A stretch of DNA of 61,427 bases, filler included, from Basidiobolus ranarum (taxonomy: Eukaryota): the NCBI GenBank assembly GCA_040143965.1. It is 4 parts of 4 records of this genome, joined end to end, with 100 filler letters (N's around TTAATTAATTAA, not from the genome) between each part and the next. Parts side by side here need not be neighbours in the genome. Positions count along the whole stretch, not along the records: positions 46,182 to 61,427 come from JASJQH010000386.1; 3 more parts are not named here. One strand, given 5' to 3'. Below, in pieces: positions 50,060-61,427 of the stretch. The notes below the pieces were generated by a model. That model did not search any database. It saw only the letters and a list, made by a program, of their open reading frames with translations, and had not been told where the DNA came from. The number at the start of each line of letters is the position of its first letter. The stretch's first letter is position 1. A program made the translations under genes and the position numbers.

Positions 50060-52442
50060 GTTTCGAAACCTATGAATATTACAGTCTGTATGCTCTCTAA
50101 ACTAACTAAAGACGCTGAGGAAATATCAAAAGAATATCATGGATCCCGCCAATGGAAATAAATATCAGAGAAGAGCTGGCTGAAAATGGTGGTGGTGTGA
50201 CTGAAAATTTGTTTAGTCCTAACGTCCAGTCCATATCATGTGATATTACCTTCAAACAACTCATAGCTCTGTTTTCTATCAACAAAGACCTACCAAACCA
50301 ATCAAAAAACTTTAGCGAATCTAACCCCTAGCATTTAAGAATCAGCCTAAAATGGTGCAATCATTATATTTGTGATATCATTGTTAATTGGCCAATTGGA
50401 TAGGTACAAAGCAGGATATATTCAGAACTTGCGATTATTAATGGACCATGCACGTGATCTTGAGGTGGATAGATATTTCAATTCAGAGACATGAAGCTGC
50501 GAATTGAAAAGAATTGTTTCATTATGTTGACTTGCAGGAATCCCTGTGTACATTCAGCAGTAGAGTCATATCGAAGTAGCATATGTTGGTTAGCAACCTG
50601 AGGTTAATTCTTCAGAGTATCCACTTGAAGTGTCTGAAAAATCTGAAGCTGTGTATATGGCTTTGAACATTTCATATAGCTGCATACTATTGACAGAAGC
50701 TCATCTGTAACTCAATACGACGCGTGATTCAAAGTTTACTGGTGTTGTTTGGCCTGATGGTTGCTAATTTATTTTATCAGGCCAGTTAATTTACTGAATG
50801 TCTGGCTCAGTTTTTTCAATAGCTAGTATCTATTTTTAAAACTTCCATCCTATCCTAGTTTCCAACCATGTGGACTCTGTCAAGTCCTTTGTAATTCATA
50901 CATCAACCATGTCCCATTTAAGTTGTGACTTATAAAAGATCTATCCAGTCGTCATTACTTTAATGTCTTCAGGGCTATTGATTCCTCCAGATGTATGGAT
51001 ACCCAACATTAAGCCCCCGTATCAATCCTACACTTCATTAAAGTCCTTCAGAGTTGGGCTGGCTAAAGAATCAGGCTGAAGCACAATAAGGTGCGGACAA
51101 CTTGGCAAATTCTCACATCATCTCTAGGCTGCAATTGAACTTCAGTAGCCTCGATGGCAGATGACCTTAACCAAGATCAATATATTTGCATATTGATACT
51201 ATGATCATGAAGTATGATTATGAGATATATAATGAAGGATGACGATCCATTTCTTAAGTAGCTATACACATTGTTTGTGTCATGTGTAACAATACGATTG
51301 CTCTGGGAAAGAGGCAAAGGATTAATATCCACTTCTTGATAGACGTCGATTTGTATCTTTGGAGGCAACTATGATATATACACATGATGTATTGAGTTTC
51401 CAGACTGGAATGATCTAGTATGTGAGCTCGACACAATCAAAGCGTCTGTAGTGTAACCGTAGATTACAATCGACGAATATTCGAATTCTACTGTGAGGTT
51501 TCGATTGTCATAATCGTGGACAAGGGCTGTTATACTGATGAGTTAGGTTCAGGTTGAGATATAGGAGAGCTGGACAGAGTATTGCATAGACAGTGAACCA
51601 TGGGTTACATATTTTCGTAGTAAATGTATTTGAGCGTTGGAGTGCCAAGTAATTCCTTAACCTCGGCAAAATCAGTCAGACGGAAATGCTGTCTAGTTCC
51701 TCGCAGCCCTTAAGGATGTTGTGGTATCAGGAGAGGCAGATAATCTTTTAGTACTATGCTTCTTCTAGGGATCTTGGATAACGAACAGAGCATTATAGCT
51801 GCCCAATACTGGAGCTATGGCTAGGTAGTGATGACTCCTGATAACGGTACAAATAGGACCAAGACAATACATGGGATTTACTCGACTCGATCCGCAGTGA
51901 AAGCAGACCCTATCAGAGAATTCTGCTGTCAGTTATCATGCGTTACAAAGTGGATGGTCATTCGTTAGGTAATTCCGGTGTTTGTTATTTAACAGTTACC
52001 CTTGGATATCCAAGCACTGTCCAAGCGTAGACATTGATTGGCAGAGTTGTGAGTGTGGGTCCCAGTGCTGCAATGATATACTACAAAGTGGGTACAACGG
52101 TGCTGGGGGCTAATTCGAGTGAATGCCAGAGCAAAAATCCATTCTCAATGATAGAAAGAAAACTTATGGGAAGTAACATACAACTTCGAAAGGGATTTTT
52201 GCTTTGCGGTCGTTGGAGCTTGGTGGCTGGTAAACAAATGCACATAAAAGAAAGCGAGAGGTGTCAGAATCCAACTTGCTGGCAGTTATCTTCTGTTCAT
52301 CTCATTAGGATTCCATCAGGTTGCATGTGGTGTGATCGCTTTGACATATACGCACCAAAATGACTACAGGTAGTGTTGACGATCCAGTGAAACGAATCCT
52401 GCTAATATTACCAAATTCTTTATCAGGGCCGATCGAGCAAAG

Positions 52443-52510
52443 TCTCACTTCGGCTATTAGTTTGCTGGTAAAGATTCTCACCTCGGCTATTGATTTGCTG
52501 GTAGAGATTT
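52443..52510 (+). repeat. 33-bp imperfect tandem duplication
   Basis: tctcacttcggctattagtttgctggtaaagat followed by tctcacctcggctattgatttgctggtagagat. Confidence 0.8.
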
Positions 52511-53227
52511 TCCAATGCTTGTTTGGAATATCGAGGTTTAGAAATATGGCTATTTACTTATCAATGTCCATGGGATTTGGGTGAGGATGGCTACAAATCA
52601 GACCCATTACATATGGTCGAGTGGAATTGGATTGGAGTCAACTATAAGGTAGCTAATAATAGCGGGTTTCATGTCTGGACAAGAATCCGTGAGATACTCC
52701 GAAACTGGAAGCCAAGTATATTTAGTGTGTCACGCTAAGGGAATGTTCGTCTCAATCAGGTCTGTGGGATCTCGAATATGATTTGTTTGCGTAATTGTTC
52801 CTTCCTCATATTGGTCATGTGAAAGCTCAGTTTCACTCAGTAATGGCTTTTAAAGATTTGCTTCAGATACTTATTTAAGCCATCAGAACCCAATAATATT
52901 TTATACGTAAATGTTGTTGGTTCAATTCTATTTACGCTTTTTCAGGCCCAATTATTTAGCTAAACAGTGCCTCTGCTGTACTGGCCACAGCGAGTATTTA
53001 CAAAATATTCTCAGGACCATTTTTATCTACAGCGAGCAGTGTCAACTATTTGATTATCTTGGTTATGACACGGTGCCGCTTTTAGCAGAGAATGAATAAA
53101 GTTTACTCTAGTTGGCATTTGGGATAATCCTAGAGTGTAACATTCATGAAAATTTCAACAGCGTAGGATCTCATATAAAGTAGGCATTCCCACCCAAGTC
53201 CTTCTTCATTGCTGCTAGTTGATAGAT

Positions 53228-54268
53228 ATGACCGACTCCCGTACAAACCCTCATAACACGTATCCGCCCTTTCATTTTAGAAACCATCTCTCATATTCTC
53301 ATGACTCAGAAACTACAACTGATTTTCACTTCTCTGAAGTAAGCCCTGCCACTCCAGTAGCCAACTCTTCCCCTATCGATTCTGTCTCTGACTTTGTGTT
53401 TTTCCCTCAAGTTTATTTTCCTACCGACTTGCCCTTTGAAAGTCAATTTGTGGCTGATAACTTGGATTCAGTAACTTGTAACGCCGACTTTACCCCTCCG
53501 GACTTGAACTCAACCTTAACTCCTGAACTTATTTCCTTTTTTTCCTCAAACCCTGTAACAGCACAAATTCATGATATACCTGTGGATTTTTCTCAGGAGG
53601 TTAGTGAAGGCTGTTTTAACCAACCTATAGATCTGAATTTACCTAGTGTTTCTAGCAACACTCAAACTCCGTCAACTACTGATCCGAGTTCCTTGGAGTT
53701 TTCCACCACTCTTACAGAGGACAATTTCTTACTACCTTGGAGTTTTGAAACTATTCCAGAGTCTGATGTTACATTGCCAGTAACTCTTTCAACCACAAAC
53801 CCAGAAGAAGATAGAATTGTTACTACCGAAACAAGAGGAAATTCTTTCACACCATACATACTCTCAAATCCTATACCAGAATATACTGAGTATTCTAGCG
53901 TCACTTTCACAGCTCCCACCAAACTCTTAGACAACAGTCAGTTGGTATACCCTTGTACACACCCGAATTGTAAAAAAACTTTCACTTCGTTGAATACCTT
54001 GCAATCTCATTACCGGATCCATTCCCCAGAGCGACCTTTTCGATGTCATCTTTGTTACAAGTACTTCAATACTGCCCATGATCTACGACGCCATTTAAAA
54101 ACTCACCTGGATTTAAAACCATACCGTTGCTGTAAATGTAGCCGAAGTTTTGGTCGATTAGATGCAATGAAGCGGCATCGTTCTAACTGCCGGTATGCCT
54201 CACCAAAAGAGAGAACAGCTCAAAGCAGTATGGACTCGTCAACAACCGAAGGTGATGAGACTACCTAG
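53228..54268 (+). CDS. C2H2 zinc-finger transcription factor
   Basis: Acidic S/T/P-rich N-terminus; fingers CTHPNC...HYRIH, SPERPF linker, CHLC...HLKTH, and a third C2HC-type finger CCKC...HRSNC. Confidence 0.9.
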   Translation: MTDSRTNPHNTYPPFHFRNHLSYSHDSETTTDFHFSEVSPATPVANSSPIDSVSDFVFFPQVYFPTDLPFESQFVADNLDSVTCNADFTPPDLNSTLTPELISFFSSNPVTAQIHDIPVDFSQEVSEGCFNQPIDLNLPSVSSNTQTPSTTDPSSLEFSTTLTEDNFLLPWSFETIPESDVTLPVTLSTTNPEEDRIVTTETRGNSFTPYILSNPIPEYTEYSSVTFTAPTKLLDNSQLVYPCTHPNCKKTFTSLNTLQSHYRIHSPERPFRCHLCYKYFNTAHDLRRHLKTHLDLKPYRCCKCSRSFGRLDAMKRHRSNCRYASPKERTAQSSMDSSTTEGDETT

Positions 54269-56798
54269 AAGAACCAGGACAATGCTGATATGTTGTATAT
54301 TTAAGGATGAACTCTTGACCTCACCTCTTCCTAGACATACAACGAATGATATGAATATTTGGTCAAGAGAACTCTTAACTAGTTTATGATATATTTGTTG
54401 TTTTGTGTAGATTCCAGTTGAGAGTTAAGTTTCTTTGTAGCTAGGTAACTCCTGGAGTATTTTAGGTAGCCACTCGACAATTGATTTTCATGTAGATATT
54501 TACTTTTCCTTCCTCTTTATTATGTTTCTCACTTTCATCTCCCTTGTTTGATATAATTCTAGTGGTTTCATATTTCTAATAATTGCCCCCTCCCTTCGCA
54601 ATATTCACCGAAAATAAGAACAATATCTTCAATTTCTCAATATATGCACTTACATTCTAGTAGTTAATTTAGGTTTATGATAGACTACACATCTCGCTTA
54701 AACCTCACGTAGTCAATATTCTTCGCACGTATACCGAAGGAATTTTATTCCATGTGTTTGCGTTGAGTTAGCATTCAATAATCAAGTCAGAACTCAGCGA
54801 ACATTGAATTTATGATTTTTCAACCCAAGACTGGGTGGAATTTTTTATCCAATGAATTCTTTTGAATACAAATGATGATCGAACTTTCAGGTTAATTGGA
54901 GCTTTGGAAGGAAGATACGTGATTCATCCAATATTAAGGTTGGGGTTGGGTTGGGCTGGGCTTAGAGTTTCCATGGTAAATGCTCAGCAGCCACCATCTT
55001 ATGCAGGTAAAGTCAATGTGTACTGGTTGACCTTGGTATCAGCCGCAGTAGAGATTGGGAGGTTCAGTATTTCTATAAGAGAAATGGATTGGGCTTCGCC
55101 ACTGTCCCTCTATTTCTGGTTACTATGGACAAAGAAATTTCAATCGAATCTCTGTCATGATAATCCGCAAGGTATGATCACACAAGGACACTACGGATCG
55201 CAGAAATACAGGATCGCTATGAAGGGCAATCTCCAGCATACAGCTCTATAGAAAGTGAGTATTATGATCTGGAATGGTACGTAACACTAAGTGTTGATTG
55301 GTAAAGCAGTAAACCTAAACCGAACACAAAATGAGTCAACATTGGTGATGGAAAAGGTCAGCACTAGAACATCTACCCTGACATTTGATAAACCTTGGAG
55401 GCTCCACTGATAAGACTCTGCTTATCACTGGCCGCTTCAATTCATTCACCATATATTGATTGTTCACAAGTTCGTTCTCAATAAATGCTATCACTATTTT
55501 AGATACCACACCTTCTCTACTTGCTTTGGCTATAACTGGCTCACATTGTGCTATTCTTGATAATCCAAAAATGTCGAGAAGAGCAGAGTCATTATGCAAC
55601 CACACAACTAGTTGCGCTACCTACGTCATGCCAATCGATGAATGGTCTCGAAATGTAAGACCCGATCCATAGACTTTAATTTGTTTGATCCTCTTCATTC
55701 TAGTGCAGTTGAGATGCGCCTGAGCTTCTGTGATACACTAGTAAACTGCAGTTTCTGGAGTTTGTTTTGAGAATTGGATACAACAAAAGTGTAGGCAGCA
55801 TGCCCATACTTCTCCAGAGTAGCTCCTCTCAACAATCCTAAATATCAGTTCAAATTCTGCATATTACTGTAGCTAGAAGTTCCTTAACTATACGTATAGA
55901 TAGATACAGACTGTAGTATAGCCCAGAGTTATTTCTACAGAAAATTCATACCAGTTGGCCTGCAAGCCCGAGAAAACTCGATTTCATTAAATCAATATTG
56001 TTCGTTAGACAGAGGCTGTTATAGTATCATTCATTAACTCTCTTGAACATAGCAATTCTCTATCTTATCAAAGATGTGCTCTTCTACCAGGGTAGTTCGA
56101 TGCTCTTACCTCAGTTTCATCAAATACTTTAGCTCCTCAAGACAAAACGAAACAAATCTAGATATGTGTATCAATGTTTCATCTTACATATTGCAACATG
56201 CGACATTCTCTCCAGAGTCAAAATAAGTCTTTAGTAAAAGATATATCCCTCTACTACGTCAACTCCACAGCTTCATATTAGCGGACTGAGTTGGTCTAAT
56301 TAGAATTCAATCCATCTCCACTCGACTGGCTAGAACTATACTAAGGATTACCCCTGCTCTTATCTAGACAGATAGTGAAGTACGAGAGCTCAGGTGACAG
56401 CGGCAATATTGAAGGAACAAACACAACATTATAAGTAATGTCTGCATATACAACTGAAGATGAGTTATATTTCACGATGAAACCTGCTCCATTGATGGTT
56501 TTCTATAGCGAAATAAATATATCTGTAGTAAAATTAAGCAGCGCCCTTTTCAGGGAAGATATTAACGCAGAGCAAATCTTAACTAGGTCTTCGATTTGAA
56601 TTAATCTTGCTCATGTCGATCAGATGCATTGATACATCATTCGGCCAAACTGTTTACTCTTATGGGACAATTCAGCGTGGTTAGTAATCACCACCATTGA
56701 ATCTGGATCTGTGACGTCAATGATAATGAGTATATATATAAGTTTAGACCGAATCAGAGGATAATCGCATACACACACACTTAGCTTCTTGAAGTATC

Positions 56799-57646
56799 AT
56801 GACTTACGCACCTTGGAAAACAATACTCCAAAAAACCTTGGAAAATAATATTAAAAACCGTAAGGATGCAGGTAATCTAAGTTCACGTCTTAACGTGGGG
56901 AAATAAAAAACATTTCTCTCTGCCAAAGATCTAACTGAACTAAACGTTGCCATTACCAAACAAGTGTTTACCCAACTAGCTACCACTTCTATCAAAGAGA
57001 GGCCTACAGTTCGCACAGTGGTATTTCGTGGCTTTTCTGGTGAAACAAGTTCTGGTGATAATGATCCAAAAGTAACCTCAGATCTACTTCAATTCACCAC
57101 TCATGTTGACTCAACCAAAGTCCAAGAAATAGTCAATAATCCATGGTGCGAAGTATGCTGGTAAAGTGGTCTCGTTGCGTTTGAATTCACCAATATGTTG
57201 AAGTTAATCGACTGTTTTAAAGGTGGTTACCCGAAACTAACGAGCAATTTCGATTTTCTGGAAAAGCTTATATAATTCCATCAACTAATCATACACTATA
57301 CAAGGCTTATCCCGAATTGGATGCTCACTTTCAAAACTTTTCTGGGTCCTTTGACTGGGAACAAGAAAGAGTAGCCGCTTGGAGATCTATGAGCCCTGGT
57401 ATGAAAGCTAGTTTTGCTTGGCCTAAACCAGGCGCACCCAGAATTGAAGAGGACTCTGTTTTCATTCCCAAAGTAGAAGAAGGAGAAAACCAAGAATACT
57501 TGGTGAGGAAAAGTTTAGATAATTTTGCTTTACTAGTAGTTGTCCCGGACACTCTGGATCATGTTGAGCTTTCGAAAAAGCCCAATGAACGAAGAGTATA
57601 CGTTAAAAACGAGAGTACCTGGACAGTGGAAGAGCTCAACCCTTGA
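56799..57646 (+). CDS. Pyridoxamine 5'-phosphate oxidase-like FMN-binding protein, 3 exons
   Basis: MTYAPWK, QLATT, PTVRTVVFRGF, EVCWWLPETNEQFRFSG, NFALLVVVPDTLDHVEL; introns 56872-56964 (or -56928) and 57161-57222. Confidence 0.88.
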
Positions 57647-58049
57647 TTTCGTGTTGCAAGCATTCCAAAAATTTACTAATTAACTTTCTTTACTGAGCTC
57701 AACAAGTATATTGTCAGGCTGCAGTAGAGAGCAATTTGTACGATGAACGAATTACAAGATGAAACACTGGATTAGATTTATTTACTCAGTCAAGCTTATT
57801 GTTACTAATAAAAGTATTCAGATAATAATGATATTTTGTTTGTGATAACTAAAGAACTACATTCTTGTACAGAAAGAAATGACGAGAGCTCGCTTTAAGT
57901 ATTAGCTAATCGAAGGCCCCATAACATTGTGATTGATTGTCAAGGAATAGATTACGGATTTATGAGTGCACACCAAATCAATAGGTATCAAAGTGGCACT
58001 TGCTATTACAGTGCAATGTTTATTTCCTCGAAATAATGACAAATATTCA

Positions 58050-58685
58050 TTACAAAGCTTCATTAACAAACTTTTCAAGAAGTTCAGGCTTAGCACAGTC
58101 TTCTTCAACAAGACGGCTGATAACACCCTCCTAGAATTTTGAAATTTAGTAATAGCTCTAGACCGAATAATTTCTTGTAATACGTACCTTGCCCCAACGC
58201 ATGAGAGTAGGAAGTCTCTCAAGTTTGATATCTTCGCGGGCCTTGTAAGGATGAGGTTCAGAGCCAAACCTTGAGGATATATCATATTAGTTAAGTATCC
58301 AGGCCATCAAATTAGATAGCAAATAAGATTGTGGATTCATACTTCCAAGTTTGTCTATCAGCAGGGCATTCAAGGAGAACAGAGTCAGGGATTTTGGAGA
58401 CAGCTCTTCTTATGGCGGGATCAGCTAGAAAGCAAAAGATTGGGACTTGGTCAAGCTTAAAGACTAAGAAGAGTGAGTATTACCTATAACACAGTCAGGG
58501 CACCATGATTCGTTGGTAGAAGGATCCTCAGTACCTATGAATACGGGTTAATGAGCTTCAGCCTCGAAATCTGGAGATATATGCTTACCGAAGAACAAGA
58601 CGAAAACATGCTGAGCATCATTTTTCAATTGTTCGTTAAGTTTTTGGTCGAACTCTTGGGGATTTTGTACTCTAACAGCTCTCAT
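58050..58685 (-). CDS. TXNDC17: Thioredoxin-related protein 14 (TRP14/TXNDC17 family), 5 exons; absent from ORF track
   Basis: Spliced MRAVRVQNPQEF...VFVLFFGTEDPSTNESWCPDCVIADP...LERLPTLMRW...RLVEEDC...AL*; WCPDC active site; introns 58535-58588, 58425-58483, 58270-58342, 58131-58187. Confidence 0.92.
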
Positions 58686-60339
58686 AATGATTTACACGCA
58701 AAGGCGTTTACTGATAAAGATATCAATTTATGTGGTTGAAGGTTGCAAAAATTTCCTCTAACAATAATCGTTATTGGATTGTGGTGTATTGATGACCAAT
58801 AAAAGTTCACGAAATCCTCCCAAACTAGTTATGCTGATATCGTAAATATTCGCATGCTTTGATTAAAGTACGTAATAAGCATTTGGATTGTCAAGATTAT
58901 AAATACAGTTGACAAAAGCAAGCCGTACTACCAAATTAATACATGCTTTTTTTATTGTATTGTATGAAGCAGATCACTAAAAGGATCAGGTAAGAGTATT
59001 TGCTATTTAAGGTCACCACAGAGATGTAGGGATGAAGGGAAGACTATAAATACTTGGCATAAGCTTGTCCTCAACCAATTAGCTTGGTCTAAATTAACTA
59101 ATTTCAGAGTAACTTGCTACTAAATTGGCCAATATTATATATATTATGTCCCTATTCTAAGCAACTGCTCGAATATCGTATGAACCAGGATGATGATATT
59201 GAATACTGTGCTTGGCTGATGTATCGGGTCTAGCATCTATATAGCCTGTCCTATCAAGCACATCAACGGTCTAGAATTCGACCTAAAATCATCATTAATG
59301 AGTAAACGTTTGTGAGTTAATCACACTTTCGGATGCCATGTTGGCAAGTTAGCTATCAAGTCCGCCTTAGTTAAATATTCTACAACTCAAACCCAAATTC
59401 CGTCAAAGTACCCACAGCCTTTTATTAATCTTGATGCCGAGGAATTTGTCATTTAATTCTCCAATATACTTCGAGAAAGTAGCTTTGCTTCTTGGGAACA
59501 TGTGCGAGAGCAATGGAATACCTCCTGAATTGCAAGTTTGTGGATGTTGCCTTAGTTGTTAATCAAAACAGTATGAGAAGAGATGCGTTTACTTTGAAAG
59601 AGTGTTAAACAAACAAGTCACTGCTTGACAGTACGAAGAGAACTGATTAGTAATATTCAATTGCAAGTCAAGACATTGTCCAAGGCATATGTCAATACCA
59701 GTACCACTACTTTACCAAACCTCTATTTCGCGAATATCGAGATTAATCCATCACAGCATCGGATTTAGAACGTAAAATTTTTCTCCAGACTTGCATTCAG
59801 AAACGCCAAATTACCTCAATTGCTTTATTTCTCGTGTGACTTGATAGTTGCGTCATGTAGTGATCAGATTTGCGGGGAGAGACCAAATCCGTTAGCAAAT
59901 TCATATAGGTTGACAGTTTGGTTCGGATTCTCAGAATCCGCTTTAGCATACTAGGCCAATAGATATATACTATCAAATGCCGAGCTATTTTGCCAGGCCT
60001 CAGGAATGTTATTATTTGACCTTTGAGAGACGTACCATTTAGGTGGTAAAACTAGGTAATGGTTTGATCCCGGTTTTTATTGGTTTATGTAGCAATACCC
60101 ATCCTCAACCTTTTTAATGAAAGCACAGGACGGCTTTCCAACTCAATTTGTCTTTGTCTTCCGCCTCTCATAATTAAAATCATTTTTTTGCAATACACTC
60201 AATAATTACGTTCTCTATCGTTCACTCCTGAATTATTTCGTTCTCTGTAAACATAATAGGTGCTTGAAAACTCTTAGTATATCAGCTAGCCCCATAATAT
60301 CCTGGCTAATCCTTTGTATAAATATAACTACCTTGCTTG

Positions 60340-61427
60340 ATGGATTCAAACGAACCCACATCTGCTCATGTCGAAGGTGTTTGTGGAAACCCTCGAGAGC
60401 CTGAGGTGACCGTGCCTTCCAGAGCAATTACCCAGACTCCAAATACTTCTGCGCCTACTTTGATAACACAAGCTGCTACGATTGAGCCAAATACGCCCTC
60501 AATACCAACTGTATCTGGACAGCATCCTTTCTTACTTGTGCCAGCAGCAACAAATACGAGCTCTTCACGCGCCCCTTCGGTGCACAATGCGGTGCTTGCA
60601 AGAAGAAATATATTGACCCATATCCGAAATAATTATCGGGCTATCTCACGGACTAATCGCATCATGCTAATAGTAAACTCTCTCTTTACATTTTCACTAG
60701 TAAGTAGCTATTGTGATAGAAATGATTCGAGAATGTTTGCTAATATTCATCGTTTTTGCACAGCTGATAGCCATCGTAGCTGTGTTGATTATCTCTCGTA
60801 ATCAAGGTTGCGATAGGCCTTTACACGTGTTCCTCGTCTTCCATGCTATAAAATGCGGCCTTAGTATTCCATTAATGCTTGTACACTACTTGCATCCAGA
60901 TGGACGCTATCCTCAATTCTCTTCAAGTATGTGGGTTCAATGGGCTGATCGGTAAGTGATTTTGTAATTCCAATCGTGGTAAACTCTGCACTTACCACTC
61001 CATTTATCCTGCAGTATAAAGTCTCTACTGGATTTTGTCGGGACTTTTATGTTCATCTTGGGAAATTATTTTCTATTTACCAGTATTACTTGCGAATCAA
61101 CCGCACCCTCGCTGTTCGGGATGAGTCTAGTTATGGTTGTATTGGGCTACTTTATGGTGGCCATTCCAGTGTTGCTATGTGGAGCGGCGGTGTTTTGCTT
61201 ACCTTGTGCTTTGGTGGTTATGCGGGGATATCACATCGGTCCCAACAATGATACTGGGGCCAAACCGGAGGAAATCAAATCCATTACGTTGCTGAAGTAT
61301 CGGCATGGGAGCACCAATTTGCCTGTTGATTCCAGTATATCAATACCTAGTGTAAACTCGAATGTGGCACCATCCAAGCTCAAATTCCTACGTAAATTGA
61401 AATCCAAGCTAAGTCGACAAAAGAAAT
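60340..61427 (+). CDS. Multi-pass membrane protein of the transmembrane RING-H2 E3 ligase type (3' end, including RING, outside the window)
   Basis: Introns 60700-60763 and 60952-61014; GCDRPLHVFL, FILGNYFLF, CESTAPSLF, VFCLPC, GAKPEEIKSITLLKY. The RING domain is not seen. Confidence 0.75.

Noticed and set aside
51250-51370. Possible glycosyltransferase remnant (HFLIDVDLYL, DxD-like)
   Set aside because: Motif too short and flanked by stops; cannot be supported without a search.
52443-52510. 33-bp repeats as a CRISPR-like array
   Set aside because: Only two adjacent units, no spacers, eukaryotic context.
57902-58285. 127-aa ORF-track protein
   Set aside because: Alternative-frame reading through TXNDC17 exons and introns.

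Overview
Eukaryotic, AT-rich fungal genomic DNA with short (about 54-95 bp) GT-AG introns. Gene content suggests an early-diverging fungus (Zoopagomycota/Mucoromycota-like; Basidiobolus is plausible but is an inference). The window is not one locus: it is four pieces of about 15.3 kb joined by 100-bp N spacers carrying TTAATTAATTAA, so synteny across spacers is probably meaningless. Piece 1: three paralogous ~100-aa Cx2Cx3Hx4C microprotein genes, two tandem alpha-arrestins, a GPI-type CE4 deacetylase, a small orphan gene. Piece 2: a CpG-free repeat block containing a decayed non-LTR RT that ends in telomere-like repeats, then F-BAR/SH3 (Cdc15/Hof1-like), HP1/Swi6, ER FKBP, ATP10, ANTH (AP180) and Tos4/Plm2-like genes. 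Piece 3: a partial membrane protein, an ankyrin protein, a questin-oxidase-like gene, an intronless bacterial-type deoC, a hidden NDUFA4-like microgene, repeats, and an SDR with an in-frame stop. Piece 4: a P450 fragment, an intronless RutG/UraA-type permease, BTB protein, C2H2 transcription factor, PNPOx-like protein, a hidden five-exon TXNDC17 and a truncated membrane RING-E3-like gene. Best novelty candidates: the zinc-knuckle microprotein family, the telomere-repeat-terminated LINE in CpG-erased DNA, intergenic TTAGGG clusters, and two candidate bacterial transfers. All calls come from manual reading; no searches were run.
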